NCBI GenBank assembly: GCA_031267915.1
Contig: JAIRYE010000006.1
Span: 8,333-72,332 of the forward strand
Direction of reading: 5' to 3'
DNA: 64,000 nt
Source: Puniceicoccales bacterium
GTDB lineage: Bacteria; Verrucomicrobiota; Verrucomicrobiia; Opitutales; JAIRKQ01
A program made the position numbers and the translations under genes. Positions 30,095-39,697 of the stretch are shown here, one piece after another; the stretch's first letter is position 1, and each line of letters begins with the position of its first letter. The notes below the pieces were generated by a model. The model worked only from the letters and a program-made list of their open reading frames with translations, had not been told where the DNA came from and ran no database searches.

Positions 30095-31819
30095 TTGGTA
30101 CACAACTTTGGGCAGTTGAAAGCGAGGCGGGAACATATTCGGTATTGTGTGATGATCTGCGCCGTTTTGGCTCTATTTTTTGTAATCACATGGAGAGTGC
30201 TGGATCTGTCACACATTAGCCGCAGCAGATACTTCAAGTCGATGGAACAGACCAGGCGGTCGACCACAACGATCAGCGCAAAAAGGGGAACAATATTCGA
30301 TAGAAATTTTGAAGTATTGGCATTCGATGAAACAAAAATCACACTGGGAGTAGATCCCTATGCTGCGGATTTGGAAAAGGATTTGCCAACAATTTGTACG
30401 CTGTCTGAAATTCTTGAGATAAACGCGAGGGACATGCTGGACAAATTTTCCAGAAGGAAGGAAATTGTTGGCAGCAGAGTGAAAAAGCTGCGATGGATAC
30501 CCATTTGTGAAATAGCCGGAGATTCACTCTATGCGGAAATAAAAACGATGAAAATTCGAGGGGTGTATGGCATAAAAGCATGCCGCCGCTCCTATCCCTT
30601 TGGCAGAGAAATGGCTCACATAACCGGATTCGTTAGCAGGGATAGCGTGCCGATTTGTGGCGTGGAAAAGTACATGAATTTTTATCTAAATGGGCAGGAT
30701 GGCTATGTGGAATCGGAAAAGGACGGTGGCTCACGGGAATTGGCACAGTACAGAAAAAAGGAATTCAAGCACAAAAATGGCAGTGATGTCGTTCTATCCA
30801 TTGATAAAAATATTCAGAAAATTGTCTATGAAGAGATTGAGAAACTTGCTGGGGAGTTTACCCCGGCAGCTGCTTCCGCCATTGTGAGCGAAGTCACCAG
30901 CGGAGAGATTCTTGCGCTGGTAAATTATCCAAGCTACGATCCTAACAGCTACTGGGAATTTTCCATCGAGTCAATGAAAAACCTAGCCGTTTGCAGCATT
31001 TACGAACCGGCTTCAGTATTTAAAATAGTTGCAATGTCGTTTGGGCTGGAGTATGGCCTTGTCAGCGAAGATACGATTTTTGATTGCATGCAGAGTACTA
31101 TTATCAGCAGAGGTAGAAAAGTTTCTTTGCCCAATGACCATACCCCATTTGCCAAGTTGAATTTTGTTGAGGCCGTCAGAAAATCCAGCAACAGGGCATC
31201 GGCACAGGTCGCGATGATGATAGGAGAGGAGAATTTTTACAATTGCGTCAGGGCATATGGATTTGGTGAAAAAGCTGGCTACGGCTTTGACGATGAATCG
31301 AGGGGGATATTGTTTCCGGTGTCCAAGTGGGATGTTTTGACGGTTACCCGCCTGGCCATGGGGCATGCCATTGGCGTTGTTCCGCTGCAAATGCACTACG
31401 CGATGTCTGCAATTGCCAACGATGGAATACTGCTGAAACCAAGCTTGTTTAGGAGTGTGATTGATGGCGGTGAAAAAATTTTATCGGCGGAGCCAATTGT
31501 CAGGCGGCGTGTGATATCCCAGCAAACGGCTGTGCGCATGAGAAAAGTTTTGCACAATCCGGAAAAAGGAACTCTCAGGAATGGCATTAAATTTGCCGGG
31601 AAAACCGGAACCGGGCAAAAAATCATCGATGGAAAATATTCCCACAGCCACCACACGTCCTCATACAGCGGATTTTTCCCGCTGGACACTCCAAAAATTG
31701 TCATCACGGTGATCGTCGATGATGCGAAAGTAGGCAGTGGAATCGCGTGGGGATCCAGAGTTTCACTGCCAGCGTTCAGAAGCATAGCGGAAAGAATTGC
31801 ACAATATCTTGACTTGTAG
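30095..31819 (+). CDS. ftsI: Class B penicillin-binding protein (FtsI/PBP3-like)
   Basis: N-terminal TM, AKRGTIFDRN, RSYP.G, YEPASVFK (SxxK), KSSN (SxN), GKTGT (KTG). Confidence 0.88.
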   Translation: MVHNFGQLKARREHIRYCVMICAVLALFFVITWRVLDLSHISRSRYFKSMEQTRRSTTTISAKRGTIFDRNFEVLAFDETKITLGVDPYAADLEKDLPTICTLSEILEINARDMLDKFSRRKEIVGSRVKKLRWIPICEIAGDSLYAEIKTMKIRGVYGIKACRRSYPFGREMAHITGFVSRDSVPICGVEKYMNFYLNGQDGYVESEKDGGSRELAQYRKKEFKHKNGSDVVLSIDKNIQKIVYEEIEKLAGEFTPAAASAIVSEVTSGEILALVNYPSYDPNSYWEFSIESMKNLAVCSIYEPASVFKIVAMSFGLEYGLVSEDTIFDCMQSTIISRGRKVSLPNDHTPFAKLNFVEAVRKSSNRASAQVAMMIGEENFYNCVRAYGFGEKAGYGFDDESRGILFPVSKWDVLTVTRLAMGHAIGVVPLQMHYAMSAIANDGILLKPSLFRSVIDGGEKILSAEPIVRRRVISQQTAVRMRKVLHNPEKGTLRNGIKFAGKTGTGQKIIDGKYSHSHHTSSYSGFFPLDTPKIVITVIVDDAKVGSGIAWGSRVSLPAFRSIAERIAQYLDL

Positions 31820-31844
31820 CGTATTTTGGTGAGCATAGCACGCG

Positions 31845-32648
31845 ATGTCGAATGTGCACGGTTCTGCAATTATCGGGGAAAATGTTTCCCTTGGCAGGGG
31901 CGTTGCAATTGGTCCATATGCAATAGTGGAGGATGGTGTTACAGTTGGTGATGGAACGAAGATTTCTTCACACGCCATACTGAGGGCCGGAACAATCATT
32001 GGCAGCGATTGCCTTGTGGATAGTTTTGCAGTTATCGGAGGACTTCCACAGGATGAAAATTTTAATTGGCAGACGACCAGCGGTGTACTCATTGGGGATA
32101 ACACACTCATTCGCGAGTACGTCACTGTCAATCGTGCGACGGCGGAATCTGCTGTTACAAAAGTTGGAAACAATTGCATGCTCCAGTCGGGAGCGCACGT
32201 TGCCCATGACTGTGTTGTCGGAGATGAAACTGTTTTGGCGAGTGGCTGCATGCTGGGAGGGCACGCGAAAGTTGGCCCGAAATGTTTCATTGGCGGAGGG
32301 GCGGCGGTGCACCAGTGGGTTGTGATCGGTAGCCATGTTATTTTGGGAGGACTTTCGGCCACATCGCTCAATATTCCACCCTATGCCATGGCTTTCGGAA
32401 TTTCAACTGTAATTGGGCTGAATCTCGTTGGGCTGCGCCGTGCGAAAATTTCCAGAGAAAACATTGTGGCGCTGAAAAATTGTTTTTCCGAATTTTACAA
32501 AAGAACTGGGAATTTTAGGGAGCGTGCTCTGGGCATGGTAAAAGATGACTTTGCGACCACGGAGGAAACAAGGAATTTTCTGGATTTTTTTTCAATCGAG
32601 TCGAGGCAGGGATTCGCACCGAAGCGCCATAGAATTGGCACAGAATAG
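31845..32648 (+). CDS. lpxA: UDP-N-acetylglucosamine O-acyltransferase
   Basis: Hexapeptide repeats, GGLPQD, IREYVTVNRAT, HVAHDC, VHQW, GLNLVGLRR. Confidence 0.95.
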   Translation: MSNVHGSAIIGENVSLGRGVAIGPYAIVEDGVTVGDGTKISSHAILRAGTIIGSDCLVDSFAVIGGLPQDENFNWQTTSGVLIGDNTLIREYVTVNRATAESAVTKVGNNCMLQSGAHVAHDCVVGDETVLASGCMLGGHAKVGPKCFIGGGAAVHQWVVIGSHVILGGLSATSLNIPPYAMAFGISTVIGLNLVGLRRAKISRENIVALKNCFSEFYKRTGNFRERALGMVKDDFATTEETRNFLDFFSIESRQGFAPKRHRIGTE

Positions 32649-32656
32649 AGTGAGTT

Positions 32657-34003
32657 ATGCCATTGCATGAGCAGGATGAGTTTGAATTCAGCGAAGCCCC
32701 AGAGAAAAACGCTTCGCCGGCATCGCACTACGTTCCGCTGGCCATAAAAATGCGGCCGAAAGCGTTGTCCGATATAGTTGGCCAGGAGCATATTTTGGGG
32801 CCCAAATGCCTGCTTCCAAAGCTGATAAAGTCAGGAGTCTTTTCCAGCATGATTTTCTACGGTGTTCCGGGTTGTGGGAAAACAACGCTTGCTGAGGTTA
32901 TTGCCTGTGAAACGAAGTCCAAATTTATAAAAATAAATGCTGTGCTGTCGAATGTTTCCGAATTGCGAGAAATTTTAATATTTGCTCGGAAGCATGTGGA
33001 ACAGAACGTTTTGCTGTTCATCGATGAAATTCACAGATTTAACAAGGCACAGCAGGATTTACTGCTTCCGGATGTCGAAAGTGCCAACATTCGCCTGATT
33101 GGTGCCACCACGCACAACCCGGGATTCTACGTAATTTCTCCACTGCTCAGCAGAAGCCACCTGTTCAAATTGAATCCGGTGAGCAGCGGCGCAATTGCCG
33201 AAATTTTGACATGCGCTCTGCGTGACAGCGAGCGCGGACTGGGGGCAATGAAATGCCGCGCCGGGGAAGAAGTTGTCGCAAGCATTGCGACAATGGCGAA
33301 TGGTGATTTGCGCTGGGCACTAAATGCGCTTGAAACCATCGCTGTAAGCTTGCCGGTGGGATCGCAAATAGTGGCAGAGGATGTGGAAAATTTTTCCATG
33401 GAGAGGGCGCTCAGGTATGATGCCGATGAGGATGAGCACTACGATACGATTTCTGCCTACATAAAGAGCATGCGAGGATGTGATCCGGACGCTGCAATTT
33501 TTTGGCTGGTAAAAATGCTAGACGGCGGGGAGGATCCCCGGTTTATTGCCCGCAGAATGGTAATTTTTGCCTCAGAAGATGTTGCCTTGGCTGACTCGAG
33601 AGCACTTTCACTGGCGGTTGCATGCTTTGAAGCCTGTGAAAAAATTGGCATGCCAGAGTGCGCAATAAATCTTGCGCATGTCACCGTGTTCCTGGCAACG
33701 GCACCAAAAAGTAATTCCACCTATCTGGCACTCTGCAACTGCCGCTCCCATGTGGCGAAGAATGGATCGCAGAATGTTCCACTGTGGCTGCGTGATAGCC
33801 ATGGCAGCGCAAACAAGCGGGAGGGAAACCAGAAGGATTACCTGTACGGCCACAACTTCGCAGATAATATTTCCGGGCAGTACCATATGGAACATCCGGA
33901 AAAATTTTGGCACGGGAAGGATTCCGGGGCCGAGAAGCAGATCATAGAGCGTGCAAAGCTGGTGGAAAAATTGCGAAAGAAATTGAATAAATCCACGGAA
34001 TAA
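32657..34003 (+). CDS. rarA: Replication-associated recombination protein A (MgsA/RarA)
   Basis: PLA.KMRP, GVPGCGKTT, DEIHRFNKAQQD, ISAYIKSMRGCDPDAA, PKSNS. Confidence 0.95.
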   Translation: MPLHEQDEFEFSEAPEKNASPASHYVPLAIKMRPKALSDIVGQEHILGPKCLLPKLIKSGVFSSMIFYGVPGCGKTTLAEVIACETKSKFIKINAVLSNVSELREILIFARKHVEQNVLLFIDEIHRFNKAQQDLLLPDVESANIRLIGATTHNPGFYVISPLLSRSHLFKLNPVSSGAIAEILTCALRDSERGLGAMKCRAGEEVVASIATMANGDLRWALNALETIAVSLPVGSQIVAEDVENFSMERALRYDADEDEHYDTISAYIKSMRGCDPDAAIFWLVKMLDGGEDPRFIARRMVIFASEDVALADSRALSLAVACFEACEKIGMPECAINLAHVTVFLATAPKSNSTYLALCNCRSHVAKNGSQNVPLWLRDSHGSANKREGNQKDYLYGHNFADNISGQYHMEHPEKFWHGKDSGAEKQIIERAKLVEKLRKKLNKSTE

Positions 34004-34016
34004 TCATTATGGACAC

Positions 34017-35594
34017 ATGCCCGAAAGTGTTGTCCCAACTGTTTTAGTCATTCGCGATGGCTGGGGGTGTAACCACAGCAGAGAAGAGGATTTCTGCAAT
34101 GCCATTCTGCGTGCACGCATTCCGCTATCCACTGAACTGGCCACCAATTGGCCACGCACGGAGATCGAAGCTTCCGGGTTGGCCGTGGGGCTCCCGGATG
34201 GAGTAATGGGCAACAGCGAAGTTGGTCACCAGAATATTGGAGCCGGACGTGTGGTTGACCAGGAAATTGTTAGGATTGACAAAGCAATGGCCAGCGGCGA
34301 ATTTGAAAAAAATTCGGTGTTCCGGGAAGTGATCCAGAACGCCCGGCAACACAATTCAAAGTTGCATCTGATAGGTCTGTGCTCGAATGGCGGCATACAT
34401 TCCGTGATGAGACATCTGTTTTCGATTTTGCAATTTGCGAAAAATTCGAACCTGGAAAACGTTTTTATTCATTTTATCAGCGATGGGCGCGACACGCCAA
34501 GAGATAGCGGCCTGAAGTATTGCGAAGAAATTGAAAAAAAATGCAGCGAAATTGGCGTTGGAAAAATCGCCACCGTGATTGGTAGATTCTGGGCGATGGA
34601 TCGCGACAGCCGGTGGAACCGCGTCCAGGAGGCCTACAACTGCATGATTGGGAAAAGCAACTTCCGAAAGTTTCAATCGCCGAAGGAAGCTATCGAGTAC
34701 TACTACAGCAATCCGAAGTCGGCCACACAGACGGGCGATGAGTTCATTTTCCCCTCGCAAATTGTTGATGGGAGTGGACATTTCAGCGGTCAAATCGGAG
34801 AGGGCGACAGCGTTCTATTTTTTAATTTTCGCGGAGATCGTCCCAGGGAGATAACGAGGGCGTTCCTGGATGTCGGATTTTCAGAATTTCCACGGGAAAA
34901 ATTACTAAAATTACACTATGCGACGCTGACGGAATACGAGGTTGGCCTCTGCGAAAATGTTCTTTTCAGGCGGCTGGAGAGGATGAAAAATATTCTCGGA
35001 GAATACATTAGCGACCTCGGATTAAGACAATTTAGATGCGCTGAAACGGAAAAATATGCCCATGTGACGTTTTTTTTCAATGACTACAGGGAAATTCCGT
35101 TCCCCGGTGAAGATCGCAAGCTGATAGCGAGCCCCAAGGATGTTGAAACCTATGATCAGCGGCCGGAAATGAGTGCATTTGCCGTGAAAGACGAGGTGAA
35201 AAATGCCATTCGCGGTGGAGGGTATTCCCTCATTGTTGTGAATTTTGCCAATCCGGATATGATCGGGCACACGGGCAACATGGATGCGGGAATAAAAGCT
35301 GCCGAAGTCATCGATGTGTGCCTTGGCGATTTGCTTGCTGCTGTGAATGAAGTCGGAGGCAACGCGCTAGTCACAGCAGACCATGGCAATTTGGAAAAAA
35401 TGGTGGACGTGGCAACGGGAAAGCCATTCACTCAGCACACCACAAATCCGGTGGAAGTTGTGGCTTATGGAAAGGGACTGAAAGCTGAAAAATTGCGCCG
35501 GTCTGGAGCGTTGTGCGACATTGCACCGACGCTGCTGCAAATGATGAATCTGCCCCAGCCAAAGGAAATGACTGGGTGTTCACTGATAGCATGA
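34017..35594 (+). CDS. gpmI: 2,3-bisphosphoglycerate-independent phosphoglycerate mutase
   Basis: RDGWG, MGNSEVGH, DGRD, AMDRD, FNFRGDR, AETEKYAHVTFFFN, NPDMIGHTG, ADHGN. Confidence 0.97.
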   Translation: MPESVVPTVLVIRDGWGCNHSREEDFCNAILRARIPLSTELATNWPRTEIEASGLAVGLPDGVMGNSEVGHQNIGAGRVVDQEIVRIDKAMASGEFEKNSVFREVIQNARQHNSKLHLIGLCSNGGIHSVMRHLFSILQFAKNSNLENVFIHFISDGRDTPRDSGLKYCEEIEKKCSEIGVGKIATVIGRFWAMDRDSRWNRVQEAYNCMIGKSNFRKFQSPKEAIEYYYSNPKSATQTGDEFIFPSQIVDGSGHFSGQIGEGDSVLFFNFRGDRPREITRAFLDVGFSEFPREKLLKLHYATLTEYEVGLCENVLFRRLERMKNILGEYISDLGLRQFRCAETEKYAHVTFFFNDYREIPFPGEDRKLIASPKDVETYDQRPEMSAFAVKDEVKNAIRGGGYSLIVVNFANPDMIGHTGNMDAGIKAAEVIDVCLGDLLAAVNEVGGNALVTADHGNLEKMVDVATGKPFTQHTTNPVEVVAYGKGLKAEKLRRSGALCDIAPTLLQMMNLPQPKEMTGCSLIA

Positions 35595-35602
35595 AAAAAT
35601 CT

Positions 35603-36508
35603 TTATTTTTTACAGATAAATGCTTCGGAGAACAGTGTTTCGCGGATCTGTGCCCCTATGTCCGCTAGATTTCCGGGCGAGTGGGGAACAAAAACCACGT
35701 TTGATTTCGATTTGCTACCTATTTCCTTCAGCGTGTCAATGTACTGGATGAGCATGACCATTTCCATGACAGTTGACGACTGAGCATCGGGGATTTGCTT
35801 CACAAATTCTTCAACGGAGTGCCCGAGCCCTTCGATGATGGCAGCGCGCTGACCGGCTATTCCTCGGCCATGTAAAATGTTTGATTCCGCTTCCGCTTCC
35901 GCCTGTTTTACGCGAATGATTTTTTCACTTTCCGCGCGCTCAGCTGCAGCCAGGCGCAGCCGCTGGGCGGTGTTAATTTCGTTCATCGCGGACTTAACAT
36001 TGGCATCAGGATTAATATCAGTTATTAGCGCTTCAACGATTTCATAGCCAAAATTTTCCATCGTCTCCTTCAGATTCGATTTTATAGCGTTTGCGATGTC
36101 GTCCTTCTTCGAAAAAACATCGTCGAGAATTAGCAGCGGAACTTGCGCACGCACCAGATCGAAAACAAAAGATTTTATCTGTGACTGGTGGTCCTGCAGT
36201 GTGTAATATGCCTGAAAAACCTTTTCCTTTAGCACGCGATACTGGACAGCAACCGCCACAGTTACGAACACATTATCCTGAGTTTTTGTTTCCACCTCCA
36301 CGGATAGCTGATGAATTCTAAACGACAATCTGCTAGCGATTGAATCAATTCCGGGAATTCTCCACGATAACCCCGGTTCCGCTATGCGATGAAACTTTCC
36401 CAGTCTTTCGATAACTGCGCATGTCTGCTGCTTCACCACAAAAAAACCACTGGTGACGACCACAACGATAGCCATAGCAACTAGTCCGCAAAATACCTCT
36501 ATATCCAT
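35603..36508 (-). CDS. SPFH/Band 7 domain protein
   Basis: N-terminal TM, IERLGKF, VETKTQDNVFV, AMNEINTAQR, GRGIAGQR. Start placed at ATG 36508. Confidence 0.9.
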   Translation of the reverse strand: MDIEVFCGLVAMAIVVVVTSGFFVVKQQTCAVIERLGKFHRIAEPGLSWRIPGIDSIASRLSFRIHQLSVEVETKTQDNVFVTVAVAVQYRVLKEKVFQAYYTLQDHQSQIKSFVFDLVRAQVPLLILDDVFSKKDDIANAIKSNLKETMENFGYEIVEALITDINPDANVKSAMNEINTAQRLRLAAAERAESEKIIRVKQAEAEAESNILHGRGIAGQRAAIIEGLGHSVEEFVKQIPDAQSSTVMEMVMLIQYIDTLKEIGSKSKSNVVFVPHSPGNLADIGAQIRETLFSEAFICKK

Positions 36509-36515
36509 GGAGATC

Positions 36516-36543
36516 AAGCTGCCCAAAAGTTAACACCTGTCAA
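36516..36543 (-). promoter_or_regulatory. Putative promoter for a leaderless SPFH transcript
   Basis: TTGACA (36543-36538)-N16-CAGCTT (36521-36516), 7 nt before ATG 36508; no SD sequence. Confidence 0.5.
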
Positions 36544-36556
36544 CAAAAAGCTATTT

Positions 36557-37102
36557 TTAATTTTTACCAACCAATACAAGAGAGGGCAGGGAAATATTTT
36601 GAAAATATTTTTGCAAATTTTGAATGAGCATGGCGGTTGCAAGTGCATCGAATAGCGCACAGTGAAATTTTCTTTGCCACGGAAGGCAATATTTCTCCGA
36701 GAATTTTACTAATTCGGAATGCAATTCGAAGGCAAAAATTAGATCCTCCAGTTCGTAGGATTTCAAATTTTTGAATAGCTCTCTGTGGATAACTTTTGTG
36801 TCCACCCAGGGTCCCCAGGAAAGAGTTGTTGTTTCATCTGTGAATACCGGAACTTGTCCCGGAGATGCCCAGTAGTGGCGCAAGAGCCCATCTTCAATCT
36901 GTGCAGAGTGAGCTGCAAATAACCCAGTTCTGCGTAGATTGAGAAAATATTCCAGGTGGTCATTGAAAGTGTTTTGGCAGATCTCAGTGTGGGTGGAAAT
37001 TATTTCAAAATTTTGCAGCGTTACCACTCCGAATTCGGAAATCCCTAGGTTTTTGTTCCCCTCGAAATCGATGACATGGCAGATGCTCATTTTACACCTC
37101 AC
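36557..37102 (-). CDS. DEDDh 3'-5' exonuclease family protein
   Basis: ExoI VIDFEG, AAH, WVDT, ExoIII HCALFDA. Confidence 0.8.
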   Translation of the reverse strand: MRCKMSICHVIDFEGNKNLGISEFGVVTLQNFEIISTHTEICQNTFNDHLEYFLNLRRTGLFAAHSAQIEDGLLRHYWASPGQVPVFTDETTTLSWGPWVDTKVIHRELFKNLKSYELEDLIFAFELHSELVKFSEKYCLPWQRKFHCALFDALATAMLIQNLQKYFQNISLPSLVLVGKN

Positions 37103-38184
37103 ATGGCCGTTCGGAATAATCTTGCCACTGGCAATAGCATCAGTACACCTGGTCCCCAGGCAGCAATTGCTGGAGAAAGGGCTCCGCCGCTTCCCAGTGT
37201 GGCGAAAATTGTTTCGACGGAAAAGAATAGCACTAAAAGCCCCAGCGCCTTAACCAGAGTTCCAAATTGCTCAATTCTGGTCCCAATTGTGGCGAATGAG
37301 ATTGCAAAAAATAAAATAATCAGGCAGTTGGCGGCATTGGCAAATGTTTTGTGAATTTTTACTCTAAATCCATTGACCACACCTCCTTTGCCACCGTATT
37401 TTAAGAGATTTACGGTCTCAGGGAATGACAAATTATTTCTTTTTTTCACGGAAGCTATCATTGTTCTTGGATCTTCCGTCAGCAATGGGAAATCTTTTTC
37501 GGCAAATGATTCAGATTTTATCGCCACTCCGGTTAATGGATCCAGGGTTGTCACGTTGCAATTTGTAAAGTGCCAACATTTTTCAGTGGGGGAAAAATTA
37601 GCGAGCGTTGCGAAGATTCGTAGCTTTTCCCTATTCTCTTCGTCGCAGCAAATGACAGTTATTTCTTTCCCAATGCAGGACAACTTGTCAAGTCTCTGGA
37701 AAAACCATATTCTGTTGTCCAAATGATTATAGAAGCCAATTTTACTCTCCTCGGTGTTATACCCTGCTCGGGCGTCAATTTGAATTCTAAATGCCGTCGT
37801 GTAGTCGATTGCCATTGGGACGAGCAGCGCTTCAGCAATTAAATTCAGCACAGCCAGAATTATTCCCCCGGCGATGATGGGTTTCGCTATTGTCAAAATA
37901 TTCATGCCGGAGCATTTCATAGCTGTGATTTCATTTCTCTTGTGCAGTTGTCCAAGGACAAATAGTGTGGCCACAAACATGGCAATTGGGGTGACCAGTG
38001 CGTGGAACGAAGTTGCCAAAACCGCGTAGTATTTCACTACTTCCACCAGAGAGGCCTTCGCTTTCAGGCAGTAGGCAAAATTTTTATACACATCCTCCAG
38101 TAGCAGCAAACATGTTATCACCAGGTGTGAGCACAGCAGTGCGGAGAACCATTCGCGCAGCACGTATCGATTCAATAGCCTCAT
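37099..38184 (-). CDS. LptF/LptG family LPS export permease
   Basis: MRLLNRYVLRE, L...NEITAMKCSG, C-terminal LSPAIAAW.P; 3+3 TM layout. Confidence 0.9.
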   Translation of the reverse strand: MRLLNRYVLREWFSALLCSHLVITCLLLLEDVYKNFAYCLKAKASLVEVVKYYAVLATSFHALVTPIAMFVATLFVLGQLHKRNEITAMKCSGMNILTIAKPIIAGGIILAVLNLIAEALLVPMAIDYTTAFRIQIDARAGYNTEESKIGFYNHLDNRIWFFQRLDKLSCIGKEITVICCDEENREKLRIFATLANFSPTEKCWHFTNCNVTTLDPLTGVAIKSESFAEKDFPLLTEDPRTMIASVKKRNNLSFPETVNLLKYGGKGGVVNGFRVKIHKTFANAANCLIILFFAISFATIGTRIEQFGTLVKALGLLVLFFSVETIFATLGSGGALSPAIAAWGPGVLMLLPVARLFRTAM

Positions 38185-38189
38185 TTGGC

Positions 38190-38789
38190 CTAGTATATGC
38201 CATTTTTTTTCATGGCAAGATATTCATTTTGCAATATGCTGTAGGATATCACGTCTTCAAACTTTCCAAGGCGTTTCAGCGATTCCCTAATAACCCCTTC
38301 GAAAACGAATCCACATTTTGCAATTACTTTCTTTGACGCAATGCCGCCTGCGCGGTGGGTAATGTACAGTCTGTGCATTTTCAAATCTTCAAAAACGTGT
38401 ATTACTGTGCGTTTAGCAGCCTCGGTGCAATACCCATTGTTCCAGTGGTCGGCATTTATCCAGTAGTGCATCTCGCAGCCTTCCTGCTCTCTGCTTATGC
38501 TCAGGCCCATTGTCCCTATGAAAGTTTCGGTTTTTGGGTCGCATATTGCCCAGTAGCAGCAGGAATCATTTGCCATTCCATAGTTCACATTGCGTGTCCA
38601 ATTTTCAGCCATTTCCATGGTGTATGGATGCGGCGTGTAAGATAAATTGTTGCAGACACGCTCGTCATTCACGCTGCTTTGAATGTGCGCCACATCTCCC
38701 ACGCATATGGGCCGCAGCAGCAAACGGGAAGAATGCAAGAAGGGAGCCTTTTTGAGGCCAGATAGCCACGAATCAACCAATGCTCCCAT
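38190..38789 (-). CDS. GNAT family N-acetyltransferase (RimJ/RimL-like)
   Basis: RLLLRP, PHPYT...A..W, YWI...HWNNGYCTEA, AS.KV..KCGFVFEG. Confidence 0.88.
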   Translation of the reverse strand: MGALVDSWLSGLKKAPFLHSSRLLLRPICVGDVAHIQSSVNDERVCNNLSYTPHPYTMEMAENWTRNVNYGMANDSCCYWAICDPKTETFIGTMGLSISREQEGCEMHYWINADHWNNGYCTEAAKRTVIHVFEDLKMHRLYITHRAGGIASKKVIAKCGFVFEGVIRESLKRLGKFEDVISYSILQNEYLAMKKNGIY

Positions 38790-38804
38790 GAGTTTCTTTC
38801 CCCG

Positions 38805-39293
38805 TCAGGCACTTAGCACTCCAAAATCAGGCGTTGAAACTCCTGTATCCTCAGTTATCCTAATTCCTCCGCCCTGCTGCAATTTTGGATATTCCGATGC
38901 CCAGTACTCAACCGCATTGACAAAATCTTCCATGCGTTCGTATAGTCGCTCTTCGTCAAACATTGCAATGGGAACAATTTCTTTTATTATTATGGTGTCC
39001 GCGTCGTCCCCATCGGCTGCCTGTAGAAGCAGTCTAGATCCTGCCGTACCGGCCCAAAAAAAATTATCTTCCAATAATTTTTTATAGGCTTCCAGCGAAT
39101 TTTTTTCGAGATCTCCAATGGTGGACGTTAGGATAAACTCATCCTTTACTTCGTCAAATATGCACGTCACGTGAAATTTTTGATCAAAGAGTAAATAAGT
39201 TTCATTTTTTTCATTAAGTTTCAATGACTCTAACTTTAACCTCGACGCGAGATTACTTAATGCATCATCAACTTTTGTTCTGCTACCGCTCAT
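38805..39293 (-). CDS. CesT/Tir-family (class I) type III secretion chaperone
   Basis: 162 aa, acidic; pattern L.L..LKLNE....L.FD, LLEDNFFWAGTAG.RL.L, and C-terminal amphipathic helix LYERMEDFVNAVEYW typical of CesT-like chaperones. Confidence 0.8.
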   Translation of the reverse strand: MSGSRTKVDDALSNLASRLKLESLKLNEKNETYLLFDQKFHVTCIFDEVKDEFILTSTIGDLEKNSLEAYKKLLEDNFFWAGTAGSRLLLQAADGDDADTIIIKEIVPIAMFDEERLYERMEDFVNAVEYWASEYPKLQQGGGIRITEDTGVSTPDFGVLSA

Positions 39294-39315
39294 ATTAATC
39301 CTTAGAATGTTGGGT

Positions 39316-39343
39316 ATGCTAAAAAATTTTTGTAAAAAAGCAA
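39316..39343 (-). promoter_or_regulatory. Putative promoter of the CesT-like chaperone gene
   Basis: TTGCTT (39343-39338)-N16-TAGCAT (39321-39316), upstream A tract, AAGGA SD 5 nt before the ATG. Confidence 0.55.
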
Positions 39344-39358
39344 GCTTTCTATTTTTTT

Positions 39359-39697
39359 TTAGAGTAATCCGAGTTGCATTTTCCCTTCAGCCGTCATCAT
39401 GTCAATGTTCCAGGGAGGATCAAAAACAAACCTTACTTCAGCTTTGGAACATTTTCCAGTATTTGTGATCGCAAATTTTATTTCATCGGCTATTTCATCC
39501 GCGAGGGGGCAGGCTGGAGATGTTAGTGTCATTTCAATGCCTACTTCAAATTTTCCGTTGGCGTAATTTTGCAGATCCACTGCATAAATCATGCCCAAAT
39601 CGACGACATTGACGCCGATTTCAGGATCTTGGACGCTTTTCAGAACATCCCAGAAATATTCTGTCATGCAGGAAATATTGTCACTGGAATTTGTCAT
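39359..39697 (-). CDS. DUF59/SufT-like Fe-S cluster assembly protein
   Basis: VQDPEIGVNVVDLGMIY, MTLTSPACP, FDPPW. Confidence 0.92.
   Translation of the reverse strand: MTNSSDNISCMTEYFWDVLKSVQDPEIGVNVVDLGMIYAVDLQNYANGKFEVGIEMTLTSPACPLADEIADEIKFAITNTGKCSKAEVRFVFDPPWNIDMMTAEGKMQLGLL

Noticed and set aside
29321-30136. 272-codon N-terminal extension of aspartate kinase (675-aa ORF in the track), suggesting a fusion or overlapping gene
   Set aside because: It overlaps plsY in another frame and reads as non-protein-like. The canonical MARVIQKYGG start is coupled to the plsY stop (TAATG), so this is an incidental open frame.
29989-30342. 117-aa minus-strand ORF near ftsI considered as ftsL
   Set aside because: It is antisense to ftsI and lacks the TM plus leucine-zipper pattern of FtsL.
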